From positions 1,020,001 through 1,052,000 of the forward strand of contig NC_004459.3 in NCBI RefSeq assembly GCF_000039765.1: 32,000 nt of DNA, given 5' to 3'. Positions 20,090 to 27,425 of the stretch are shown one piece after another (within the stretch, counting starts at the first letter, position 1; each line of letters opens with the position of its first letter). The position numbers and the translations under genes are program-made. Under the pieces are notes generated by a model. The model was not told the origin of the DNA, did not search any database, and saw only the letters and a list, made by a program, of their open reading frames with translations. The DNA is from Vibrio vulnificus CMCP6. Its GTDB lineage: Bacteria > Pseudomonadota > Gammaproteobacteria > Enterobacterales > Vibrionaceae.

Positions 20090-20695
20090 TTACTGTTTTT
20101 TCAGCAGGAAGTTCACCAGTTCGAAATACTCATCCATGGTTTTGATGCCTTGAGCCTGCACCAGGTATTTGTTGTTTACAATCACCGCAGGTACACCAGA
20201 AAGGCCACTGTCTTTAAACTGCTTGTCAAAACGGCGCACCATCGAATCCACCGCGAAACCGTTAAAGGCTGCATCGAATTTATTCGCATCAACGCCTTCA
20301 TCAAGGAAGATCTGGCGCAGTTCCGCGTCATCTTTTGGCGCTTTACGCATGTTGTGGATGCGGTTGAACATCACTGGCACCATTTTGTCTTCGACTTTAA
20401 GTGCGATCATGGTGGCGTACGCTTTGCTCATTGACGGCCCCATCGCACCACCCATAAAGGAAACGTGGTTTTTTTGCAGTTTTACCCCTTCCGGCAACTG
20501 TGCTTTGAGTTGCTGGATGATAGGTTCGAACGTATTACAGTGCGGGCAGTAGAAAGAGAAAAACTCACTTACCATGGGCTTTTTAGAAACTTGCGTATCC
20601 AGCACCTTGTAGTGTTCACCTTCTTTAAATTGGGTTGCTGCGTTGGCTGTCAGGCTGAGTAACAGCATCGAAAAAAACGCGAACAGTTTCTTCAT
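20090..20695 (-). CDS. dsbA: Periplasmic thiol:disulfide oxidoreductase DsbA
   Basis: 201-aa ORF with a signal peptide and the active site [14 protein letters not shown]. Roughly three-quarters identical to V. cholerae TcpG/DsbA as I recall it. Confidence 0.96.
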   Translation of the reverse strand: MKKLFAFFSMLLLSLTANAATQFKEGEHYKVLDTQVSKKPMVSEFFSFYCPHCNTFEPIIQQLKAQLPEGVKLQKNHVSFMGGAMGPSMSKAYATMIALKVEDKMVPVMFNRIHNMRKAPKDDAELRQIFLDEGVDANKFDAAFNGFAVDSMVRRFDKQFKDSGLSGVPAVIVNNKYLVQAQGIKTMDEYFELVNFLLKKQ

Positions 20696-20727
20696 CTATT
20701 TATTTCTCCGTTATGTTATTGAGGCAG

Positions 20728-21714
20728 TTACCATTGTGGCATCAATGAAAGAGGGGGTTCTTCCAATGCGGCGATTTGTTCTTTAAACGCCAATACCTGA
20801 CCTTCCCAGTATTTTGGCTCATTAAACCAAGGAAAAGCGAGTGGGAACGCAGGGTCTTGCCATCGTTTTGCTAACCATGCCATATAATGCACCATTCGTA
20901 GACCACGCAAAGGCTCGATCAGTTTCAACTCTTGGTGCGAAAAATCACTAAATTCGCCATACGACTCCAGCAAAATATCGAGTTGCATGAGCTTTTCTTG
21001 GCGATCACCATTGAGCAACATCCAGAGATCTTGAACCGCAGGGCCATTGCGGGCGTCATCTAAGTCAACAAACATCGGGCCATCACGCCATAAAATATTG
21101 CCGGGATGACAATCACCGTGCAAGCGGATAGCGTGAGTGTCTTTTGGCCACTGCGCTTCGATGGCGGCGATGAGTCGGTCGAGATCCTGAAAGAAGCTGT
21201 TCTCTAAATGCATCGGGATCATGTTGCATTGTTGCAGGAGTGCACGTGGCTGATAGAGGTACTCATCTAGCCCTATGCTAGGTCGGTGCTGGAATCTCTG
21301 TTTTGCACCCACTTGGTGAATTCGACCGAGGAAGCGGCCAACCCACTCGAGTTGATCGAGATTATCCACTTCAAATTGACGGCCACCGACGCTGTTGAAC
21401 AAGGCAAATTGGTAGCCTTGATAATGATGTAGGGTGGTACCGTTGATGTTGACCGGCGCGGCAACAGGAATGTCATTTTCCACCTGCTCTTGAGTGAACT
21501 GATGTTCTTCAACAATTTGTGCCGGCGTCCAACGCTCTGGGCGATAAAACTTCACCACAAAACGGCGACGCTCTTCATCGGTGAACTGGTATACGCGGTT
21601 TTCGTAGCTGTTGAGAGGCAATAAACCTGATTCAGCGCGAATGCCGATGCTCTCAAGGGCATACCACATAAAATCGGGCGTTAATGCGTCAAAATTGAAT
21701 GCGCCTAGCGACAT
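20728..21714 (-). CDS. srkA: Stress-response serine/threonine kinase SrkA (RdoA/YihE)
   Basis: 328-aa ORF. LNSYENRVYQFTDEERRRFVVKFYRPERWT and LHGDCHPGNILWRDGPMFVDLDDARNGPAVQDLWMLL are near-identical to E. coli YihE. Lies 32 nt upstream of dsbA. Confidence 0.95.
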   Translation of the reverse strand: MSLGAFNFDALTPDFMWYALESIGIRAESGLLPLNSYENRVYQFTDEERRRFVVKFYRPERWTPAQIVEEHQFTQEQVENDIPVAAPVNINGTTLHHYQGYQFALFNSVGGRQFEVDNLDQLEWVGRFLGRIHQVGAKQRFQHRPSIGLDEYLYQPRALLQQCNMIPMHLENSFFQDLDRLIAAIEAQWPKDTHAIRLHGDCHPGNILWRDGPMFVDLDDARNGPAVQDLWMLLNGDRQEKLMQLDILLESYGEFSDFSHQELKLIEPLRGLRMVHYMAWLAKRWQDPAFPLAFPWFNEPKYWEGQVLAFKEQIAALEEPPLSLMPQW

Positions 21715-21717
21715 AGT

Positions 21718-21745
21718 AAATAAAAAGGCTCATTGCTGAGCCTTT
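21718..21745 (-). terminator. Rho-independent terminator after the ccoG-like gene, ending 3 nt before the srkA ATG
   Basis: The minus strand reads AAAGGCTCA-gcaa-TGAGCCTTTTTATTTACT-ATG. Confidence 0.7.
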
Positions 21746-21765
21746 GTCCATGAATTGGGTTGAAG

Positions 21766-23187
21766 TTACAGTTTCTTGATGAAACGGCTTTCTACTTCAA
21801 TGGTGAAGTCGTTGCTCTTGTCGTCCAGTATAAACTGAATCGTGCTAATTGGAGAGGAGAGCTTCTCGGGATCCACGCCAAGACTGAGTGGTAAGTTGAG
21901 AACTTCGCCTGGGTTGACCTGAATGGTTTGCTTACCATACCAAGTTACCTCACTGAGCCCCTTCACATCCAAGTGATATTCTTGCACTTGTTGAGTTTTG
22001 TTGATGATTTTGAGGGTGTAGGTGTTTTCCACTTCACCGGCACTGTTGACGCGGAACAGCTGGTTGCGATCGCGAATCACGCTGAGGCCCGCAGGGTCAA
22101 CGGCAGCAATTTGTGCGAAGAACAAACCCAACATCACCAGCAATACCAAGCCATAACCGATCAACTTAGGTCGCATGACTTTGGTGTGTTTCCCAGACAG
22201 ACGATGCTCGGTGGTGTAGTTGATCAGCCCTTTTTCATAGCCCATTTTATCCATGGTGGTATTACAGGCATCGATACACGCACCACAGTTAATACACTCG
22301 TATTGCAGGCCATCACGAATATCAATCCCCGTTGGGCACACTTGCACACACAGATCGCAGTCAATACAGTCACCTAACCCGAGCTGCTTCGGATCGGCTT
22401 TGCGTGAACGTGGGCCACGCTGTTCGCCGCGCTGACTGTCATAACCGACGATAAAGGTGTCTTTATCAAACATCGCTGATTGGAAGCGCGCGTATGGGCA
22501 CATGTGCAAACAAACGATAGAGCGCATCCAACCTGCGTTGGCGTAAGTACAGATGGCAAAGAACATCACCCAGAAAACAGGCCAGAAGCTGGCGTTAAAG
22601 GTAAAGAAATCCACCACCAGTTCACGCACCGGGACAAAATAACCGACGAAGGTGAAGCCTGTCGCGAGCGCGATGGCAAACCACGCGACATGCTTTGCGC
22701 TTTTTCGCATGGCGAGATTGGGCGTCAGTTTGCCGGAATCTTGCTTGCGGCGTTTGTTGGCGCTGCCCTCGAGTTTCTCTTCAAACCAGATGTACATAAA
22801 GGTCCAAACGGTTTGTGGGCATAAGTAGCCACACCACACTCGGCCCAAAAACGTAGTGATGAAAAACAGACCAAAGGCGGCAATCATAAACAGCAAGGCC
22901 AGCAAGGTCAGGTCTTGTGGGTAGAGGGTAGTGCCGAAGAAGTTGAACTGTTGGCTACCGATATCCAACAGAATCGCTTGGCGATCGCCGTAGGAAATCC
23001 ATGGAGTTAAGGTAAATAGCAGCAGCAAAAACCAGCCACCATATCGGCGCAGTTTTTGGAATGTGCCTTTACTCTCACGTACGTAAATGCGGTTATTTGG
23101 GTTAAACCGATCCCCCTTGCCTTTGTGGGTCTTGGGGTTAAAGGTTTTCGGAGTCACATCTTTGATATCGATTTTATCCTGACTCAT
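21766..23187 (-). CDS. ccoG: CcoG/FixG-family membrane 4Fe-4S ferredoxin (cbb3-oxidase accessory cupric reductase family)
   Basis: Motifs GRVWCGYLCPQTV, CPYARFQ, CIDCDLCVQVCPTGIDIR and CINCGACIDAC. The ORF-track start at 23277 is TTG, so I prefer the ATG at 23187 (MSQDKIDIK...) with AAGGA 7 nt upstream. Confidence 0.85.
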   Translation of the reverse strand: MSQDKIDIKDVTPKTFNPKTHKGKGDRFNPNNRIYVRESKGTFQKLRRYGGWFLLLLFTLTPWISYGDRQAILLDIGSQQFNFFGTTLYPQDLTLLALLFMIAAFGLFFITTFLGRVWCGYLCPQTVWTFMYIWFEEKLEGSANKRRKQDSGKLTPNLAMRKSAKHVAWFAIALATGFTFVGYFVPVRELVVDFFTFNASFWPVFWVMFFAICTYANAGWMRSIVCLHMCPYARFQSAMFDKDTFIVGYDSQRGEQRGPRSRKADPKQLGLGDCIDCDLCVQVCPTGIDIRDGLQYECINCGACIDACNTTMDKMGYEKGLINYTTEHRLSGKHTKVMRPKLIGYGLVLLVMLGLFFAQIAAVDPAGLSVIRDRNQLFRVNSAGEVENTYTLKIINKTQQVQEYHLDVKGLSEVTWYGKQTIQVNPGEVLNLPLSLGVDPEKLSSPISTIQFILDDKSNDFTIEVESRFIKKL

Positions 23188-23318
23188 GGATTGATCCTTC
23201 TTAGGCTTTAATGGCGCAATTTCTCTTGGTTTGCGCTCACTGACTTTGCTCACAAATGCCGATGTGTTTATACACAATCAGGCTTTGCTAATATTTTAGT
23301 AAAAACTGATGGACGACG

Positions 23319-23360
23319 ATTATACAATCAATAACATTTGTATTTCTTTAAGGCTATCAA
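23319..23360 (-). promoter_or_regulatory. Candidate FNR-dependent class II promoter for the ccoG-like gene
   Basis: The minus strand has TTGATagccTTAAA (one perfect and one 3/5 FNR half-site) at 23347-23360 and TATAAT at 23324-23319. If the transcription start is near 23312, the site centre is at -41.5. Confidence 0.3.
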
Positions 23361-23413
23361 CCTTTAACAACAAAAAGCAGGACAATTAACGCAATTTTTC
23401 GCTGAACAGTGGC

Positions 23414-23444
23414 AGAAAATAAAAAAGCGACCAGAAGGTCGCTT
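23414..23444 (-). terminator. Rho-independent terminator after yihD
   Basis: The minus strand reads AGCGACC-ttct-GGTCGCTTTTTTATTTT, 19 nt after the yihD stop. Confidence 0.8.
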
Positions 23445-23462
23445 AGTGAATGAGTTGTTAAC

Positions 23463-23729
23463 TTATTTAATGATACCGCGTGCGCGTAGAATCGCTGTTT
23501 TGAAATCATCTTCTTGGTCTTTTTTCAGGCCTGGAATCATTTCATCTTTCGCACTGTTACGCATTTTTAGGTGGTAGATCAGCACATCGTCAGTCAGCTC
23601 TTCTAGCTTGCCGTGATAACCCGCTTCGCCCGCTAGCTTGACGATAAACTGCAGTAAGTTCATCTCTTGGTCTTTTTGCCATTCTGGCTCAAGCAACTCA
23701 AGTAGCTCTTCAATACGGTGACACTTCAT
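23463..23729 (-). CDS. yihD: YihD-family small protein (DUF1040)
   Basis: 88 aa from the ATG at 23729 ([38 protein letters not shown]...[15 protein letters not shown]), co-linear with E. coli YihD. GGAG RBS. The 143-aa track ORF is a 5' over-extension through a terminator. Confidence 0.9.
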   Translation of the reverse strand: MKCHRIEELLELLEPEWQKDQEMNLLQFIVKLAGEAGYHGKLEELTDDVLIYHLKMRNSAKDEMIPGLKKDQEDDFKTAILRARGIIK

Positions 23730-23745
23730 TTCTTTCTCCACAAAT

Positions 23746-23774
23746 TTTATAGGTCTTTGGCGTAAAGGTATCAA
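23746..23774 (-). promoter_or_regulatory. Sigma-70-type promoter for yihD
   Basis: The minus strand has TTGATA, a 17-bp spacer and TATAAA. The -10 hexamer ends 16 nt upstream of the yihD ATG. Confidence 0.55.
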
Positions 23775-23810
23775 ATTGCTTGGCGAAGCAAAATAACAAA
23801 CCGAGTGGAG

Positions 23811-23846
23811 AGAAAGAAAAAAGCGCAGCGGTGGCTGCGCTTTTTC
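23811..23846 (-). terminator. Rho-independent terminator directly after the small basic ORF
   Basis: The minus strand reads AAAAAGCGCAGC-cacc-GCTGCGCTTTTTTCTTTCT, starting 2 nt after the TAA at 23848-23850. Confidence 0.75.
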
Positions 23847-23847
23847 A

Positions 23848-24015
23848 TTAAGCGGCTTGAACGACTTTAGCCGGAGTCTGCGGCATAAGTGCATTTTTCT
23901 CGACCAAGGTCATACCTGAAGCCGTTTTTTTGCTTGTCGGAGCTGCGGCAAAGCCGCTACGACGACGCATCGCACTGCGATTGGTGTGCGAGAACCTGAC
24001 TGTTGTTGGGCGCAT
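23848..24015 (-). CDS. Unannotated small basic protein candidate, 55 aa: [55 protein letters not shown]
   Basis: Hand translation. ATG with AGGT 6 nt upstream and its own terminator immediately after the stop. Below the ORF-track length cut-off, and I recognise no family. Confidence 0.45.
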   Translation of the reverse strand: MRPTTVRFSHTNRSAMRRRSGFAAAPTSKKTASGMTLVEKNALMPQTPAKVVQAA

Positions 24016-24331
24016 TAAGTTACCTAACTGTCAGGCATATCCATTGCCAATGTAATGGCCTACATTTTTATGAGTTGAGCTTCAGTTGAGTGAAGGTTGG
24101 CTCTTTCTGGCTTTCGCCAATCCAAATAAAAGTGTAGGAATAATGATATGCATGCATATCGAACATAGAGTAGCACCGTTATGGTGATCGATCGATAGTT
24201 GAGCAGTGGCAGCGATAAAAAAATGTCTGCAAAACGTTACAGTATTGATAAATATCCGATGAGATGTGAGCTAGATAGTAGTACTCAATCAGACATTATC
24301 AGTACTATCAGAACAGCAGCAGGAGGTGCGT

Positions 24332-25126
24332 ATGTCATTTTTGAAGAAAACCCTCGCCAGTTTTGGTATTGGAAGCGCGAAAGTCGATTCCATCTTACAG
24401 CAAGAAGTGCTTTACCCTGGTCAAGCGGCCAATATTAAGGTGCATGTTTATGGCGGTTCGAGCGAGCAAGAGATCGACAATATTCATTTGAAGCTGTGTT
24501 GTCGTTACATTGCGGAAGTGAAAGAAGATCGCGGCAGCAGCTCTCAAGGGCAGCAAACTCGCCGTGTGCCACAAAGTCATGTGCTGGCCAGCTGGAGTCT
24601 GCCATACGCATTTGTCATCAAACCGAGTGAAGAGCGGGTGTTTGATGTTGCGTTAGACATTCCGTTCAACACCCCGATTACCATTGGTGATGCCAAAGTG
24701 TGGTTGGAAACCGGTTTGGATATCGCTTTGGCGATTGACCCAACAGACAAAGACATTCTCACCGTACGGCCTGATCCTATGATGGACGGCATTTTTACCG
24801 CTTTGGAAGAGCAAGGGCTGCGTATTCGCCAAGTGGAGTGTGAGGAAGTGAAAGGCTTTGAACTGCCCTTTGTGCAAGAGTTCGAGTTTGTCCCAACCAC
24901 TGGGCCATTTCATGGTCGTTGGCGTGAGCTGGAAGTGGTGGCTTATCGTTCCCCAAATGAGCTGAAGTTGTGGTTTGAAATTGATCGCCATCGTGAGGGG
25001 GGAAGAGGCATGCTGGCCAGCTTGTTGGGGTTAGGAAAACTACAGCGTGAGTTGGTGTTACCACTGAACTTATCGGCAAAACAGGTGGGAGAGACAGTGC
25101 TGGGTTATTTAGAAGAAACGACCTAG
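24332..25126 (+). CDS. Spo0M-family (SpoOM, arrestin-like) protein
   Basis: 264 aa from the ATG at 24332, 5 nt after AGGAGG (the track start at 24326 is a GTG inside the RBS). N-terminus MSFLKKTLASFGIGSAKVDSILQQEVLYPGQAANIKVHVYGG matches the B. subtilis Spo0M family as recalled. Confidence 0.85.
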   Translation: MSFLKKTLASFGIGSAKVDSILQQEVLYPGQAANIKVHVYGGSSEQEIDNIHLKLCCRYIAEVKEDRGSSSQGQQTRRVPQSHVLASWSLPYAFVIKPSEERVFDVALDIPFNTPITIGDAKVWLETGLDIALAIDPTDKDILTVRPDPMMDGIFTALEEQGLRIRQVECEEVKGFELPFVQEFEFVPTTGPFHGRWRELEVVAYRSPNELKLWFEIDRHREGGRGMLASLLGLGKLQRELVLPLNLSAKQVGETVLGYLEETT

Positions 25127-25206
25127 CATTCACTAACATGATGATGGTAAAGCGAAAAATACGCCCTCATTTTAAGCTGACATCAAATAACCAAAATTTA
25201 ACCTTT

Positions 25207-25228
25207 TTAGCTTACACGTGTAAGCTAA
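25207..25228. repeat. Perfect 22-bp palindrome TTAGCTTACACGTGTAAGCTAA, candidate operator upstream of the HlyIII-family gene
   Basis: Verified base by base. Lies 51 nt upstream of the ATG at 25279. There is no U-tract on either strand, so it is not a canonical terminator. Confidence 0.5.
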
Positions 25229-25278
25229 GTGTGACATACTAGAGCAACTATTCCATTAGAGGTTTCAGTGTATTTGCT

Positions 25279-25923
25279 ATGTCAGTCAGTCAATATAGTG
25301 TGCGCGAAGAAGTGGCGAATGCGGTCACACACGGGTTAGGCATGATTTTTGGTATTGTTGGTTTGGTGATGCTGTTGGTGAAAGCCACGGAGCACCATGC
25401 CGACGGGCTGACCATTGCCAGCATGGCGATTTACGGGTCGAGCATCATTGTGCTGTTTTTGGCCTCGACGCTTTACCATGCCATTCCTTACCCTAAGGCG
25501 AAACGTTGGCTCAAAACCTTTGACCACAGTGCGATTTATCTGCTCATTGCGGGAAGTTATACCCCGTTCCTGCTGGTGAGTTTGCGCACGCCTTTGGCGA
25601 TCGGCTTAATGATTGTGATTTGGTCGATAGCCTTGTTGGGCATCATTATGAAAGTGGCGTTTGTTTATCGCTTTAAGCGCTTCTCGTTGGTGAGTTATCT
25701 GTTGATGGGTTGGTTGTCACTGATTGTGATTTACCAATTGGCGATCTCATTAGAGATTGGAGGCTTGACGCTGCTCGCTGCAGGTGGATTGATTTATTCG
25801 CTCGGGGTTATTTTCTATGTGGCGAAGAAGATCCCCTACAATCATGCCATTTGGCACTGTTTTGTGTTGGCCGGTTGTGTGTGTCACTTCCTCGCGATCT
25901 ATCTTTATGTGAACCCGGTTTAA
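25279..25923 (+). CDS. Hemolysin III / PAQR-family membrane protein (YqfA-like)
   Basis: 214-aa ORF with seven predicted TM segments. N-terminal [12 protein letters not shown], central [16 protein letters not shown] and C-terminal [16 protein letters not shown] motifs are typical of the family. Confidence 0.9.
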   Translation: MSVSQYSVREEVANAVTHGLGMIFGIVGLVMLLVKATEHHADGLTIASMAIYGSSIIVLFLASTLYHAIPYPKAKRWLKTFDHSAIYLLIAGSYTPFLLVSLRTPLAIGLMIVIWSIALLGIIMKVAFVYRFKRFSLVSYLLMGWLSLIVIYQLAISLEIGGLTLLAAGGLIYSLGVIFYVAKKIPYNHAIWHCFVLAGCVCHFLAIYLYVNPV

Positions 25924-25940
25924 ACCGGGTTCTTTGTTTT
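25911..25940 (+). terminator. Rho-independent terminator of the HlyIII-family gene, formed by a perfect 22-bp palindrome spanning its stop codon
   Basis: GAACCCGG-tttaaa-CCGGGTTC followed by TTTGTTTT. The TAA stop (25921-25923) lies in the loop. Confidence 0.7.
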
Positions 25941-25968
25941 GGGGCGGTAGATAGAGCCCCAAAACAAA
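25933..25968. other. 13-bp-stem hairpin between convergent hlyIII-family and trkH genes, without a U-tract
   Basis: TTTGTTTTGGGGC-ggtagataga-GCCCCAAAACAAA. Its 5' arm is the T-tract of the preceding terminator. Confidence 0.5.
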
Positions 25969-25970
25969 AC

Positions 25971-27416
25971 TTAACGGCGCCAGAAAGCAGGAAAAAATAG
26001 CACCAATAAGGTGAGAATTTCTAAACGTCCCATCAACATGCCGAAACTGAGTAGCCACTTAGCGGCATCAGGCAGTGGGGCAAAGTTACCCGTTGGCCCA
26101 ATGATGCTGCCCATGCCTGGGCCGACGTTGGCCACTGCGGTAATTGAGCCAGAAATACTGGTGACGGGATCAAGCCCCATCGCGCTTAAGCCGCCCGCAA
26201 TGGCGATGATGGTAATGAAGAACATTAAACCAAACGCCACCACAGAGCGCACAATGTCATCATTCACTGGTCGTTGATTGTAGCGTTGGACAAAAATGCC
26301 TGATGGGTGAATCAGTTTCATGATCTGTTTATTCAGCAGTGTCATGGCGATCTGGAAGCGGAAGATCTTAATACCGCCAGAAGTGGAGCCTGAACACGCG
26401 CCAGCCATCATCAAAAACGCAAATAAGGTCGTAGGGAGTGCGCCCCAAGCGGTGAAATCTTCTAGGCCGAAGCCCGTCGTCGTCACCACAGAAACAATGT
26501 TAAACATCGCCACGCGCAGTGCATCGGCAATGGTATAACCGTCACGAATCACCAACCAAGCTGAAATAACCAAGCTGGTGCCTAAAAACAGGTAGGTAAA
26601 ACCGCGTACTTGAGCGTCTTTGATCAAAGCATCAAGGCGGCGCTTGCGCATCGCAGAAACAAACAACAAAAATGGCAAACCACCCAAGAACATAAATAAG
26701 GTGGCGACCCAGTGTGCGCCGTTAGAAAAATGGTTCATTGAACCATCAGAAGTGGAGTAGCCGCCCGTTGAAAGCGTGGTGAAGGAATGGTTGATGGCAT
26801 CAAACAGGTTCATGCCGGTCAGTAGATACCCAATCAAACAGAGCCCGGTGAGTACCAAGTACACCACCACAATGTTTTTCGCTACGGTTTTGGCTCTTGG
26901 GCTGCTTTTGTCTGACCAATCGGAAGATTCTGTTTGGAACAGCTTCATCCCACCGACGTTAAGCATCGGCAACACCGCAACGGCCATCACAATAAAGCCA
27001 ATTCCTCCAAGCCATTGTAAGATCGAACGCCACAGCAAAATACTCGGAGCCATGTTATCCAAACCGCTCAGCACGGTGGAACCGGTGGTGGTGATACCAG
27101 ACATGGTTTCGAAGTAGGCGTCAGTAAAGCTGATGTGGTTGATAAACATAAACGGTAGCGCGGCAAACGCGCTGGCGATGGTCCACACCAAACTGGTGAT
27201 GAGGAACATGTCGCGCACACTGAGTTTAAAGTGTGCGGTGCGGCCAATGCTCAGGCAGACAAACGCGGCAAAATGGGTGATCAACACCGCTTGGCCGAAA
27301 TCAAGAAAGCCGCCTGTGCCAGTAAAAAAGGCCACAAGGGTAGGGACGTACATGAAAAGGGCGAGCTTGGAAAGCACTAGCCCAATTACAGACAGTACGG
27401 GACGAAAGTTCACCAT
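25971..27416 (-). CDS. trkH: Trk potassium uptake system membrane subunit TrkH
   Basis: 481-aa polytopic ORF with SKT-family selectivity-filter-like repeats (TTTGS, LSTGGY, TTTGFG). Immediately downstream of trkA, as in Vibrio trkAH operons. Confidence 0.93.
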   Translation of the reverse strand: MVNFRPVLSVIGLVLSKLALFMYVPTLVAFFTGTGGFLDFGQAVLITHFAAFVCLSIGRTAHFKLSVRDMFLITSLVWTIASAFAALPFMFINHISFTDAYFETMSGITTTGSTVLSGLDNMAPSILLWRSILQWLGGIGFIVMAVAVLPMLNVGGMKLFQTESSDWSDKSSPRAKTVAKNIVVVYLVLTGLCLIGYLLTGMNLFDAINHSFTTLSTGGYSTSDGSMNHFSNGAHWVATLFMFLGGLPFLLFVSAMRKRRLDALIKDAQVRGFTYLFLGTSLVISAWLVIRDGYTIADALRVAMFNIVSVVTTTGFGLEDFTAWGALPTTLFAFLMMAGACSGSTSGGIKIFRFQIAMTLLNKQIMKLIHPSGIFVQRYNQRPVNDDIVRSVVAFGLMFFITIIAIAGGLSAMGLDPVTSISGSITAVANVGPGMGSIIGPTGNFAPLPDAAKWLLSFGMLMGRLEILTLLVLFFPAFWRR

Positions 27417-27425
27417 AGGAAAATC

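Noticed and set aside
23188-23277. TTG-initiated 30-codon extension of the ccoG-like ORF. Similar non-ATG track starts occur at 8650 (TTG, MFS), 16473 (GTG, comM), 24326 (GTG, Spo0M-like) and 19012 (OMP).
   Set aside because: In each case a downstream ATG has a properly spaced Shine-Dalgarno sequence and gives the expected N-terminus or signal peptide.
23730-23894. 5' extension of yihD to a 143-aa ORF
   Set aside because: The extension runs through a good sigma-70 promoter and a strong terminator hairpin (23811-23846). YihD homologues are about 89 aa and start at MKC.
24199-24438. 79-aa + strand ORF overlapping the Spo0M-like start
   Set aside because: It has a TTG start with no RBS, is out of frame with and overlaps the strongly supported Spo0M-like CDS and its AGGAGG, and has a low-complexity Ser/Asp/Lys-rich composition.
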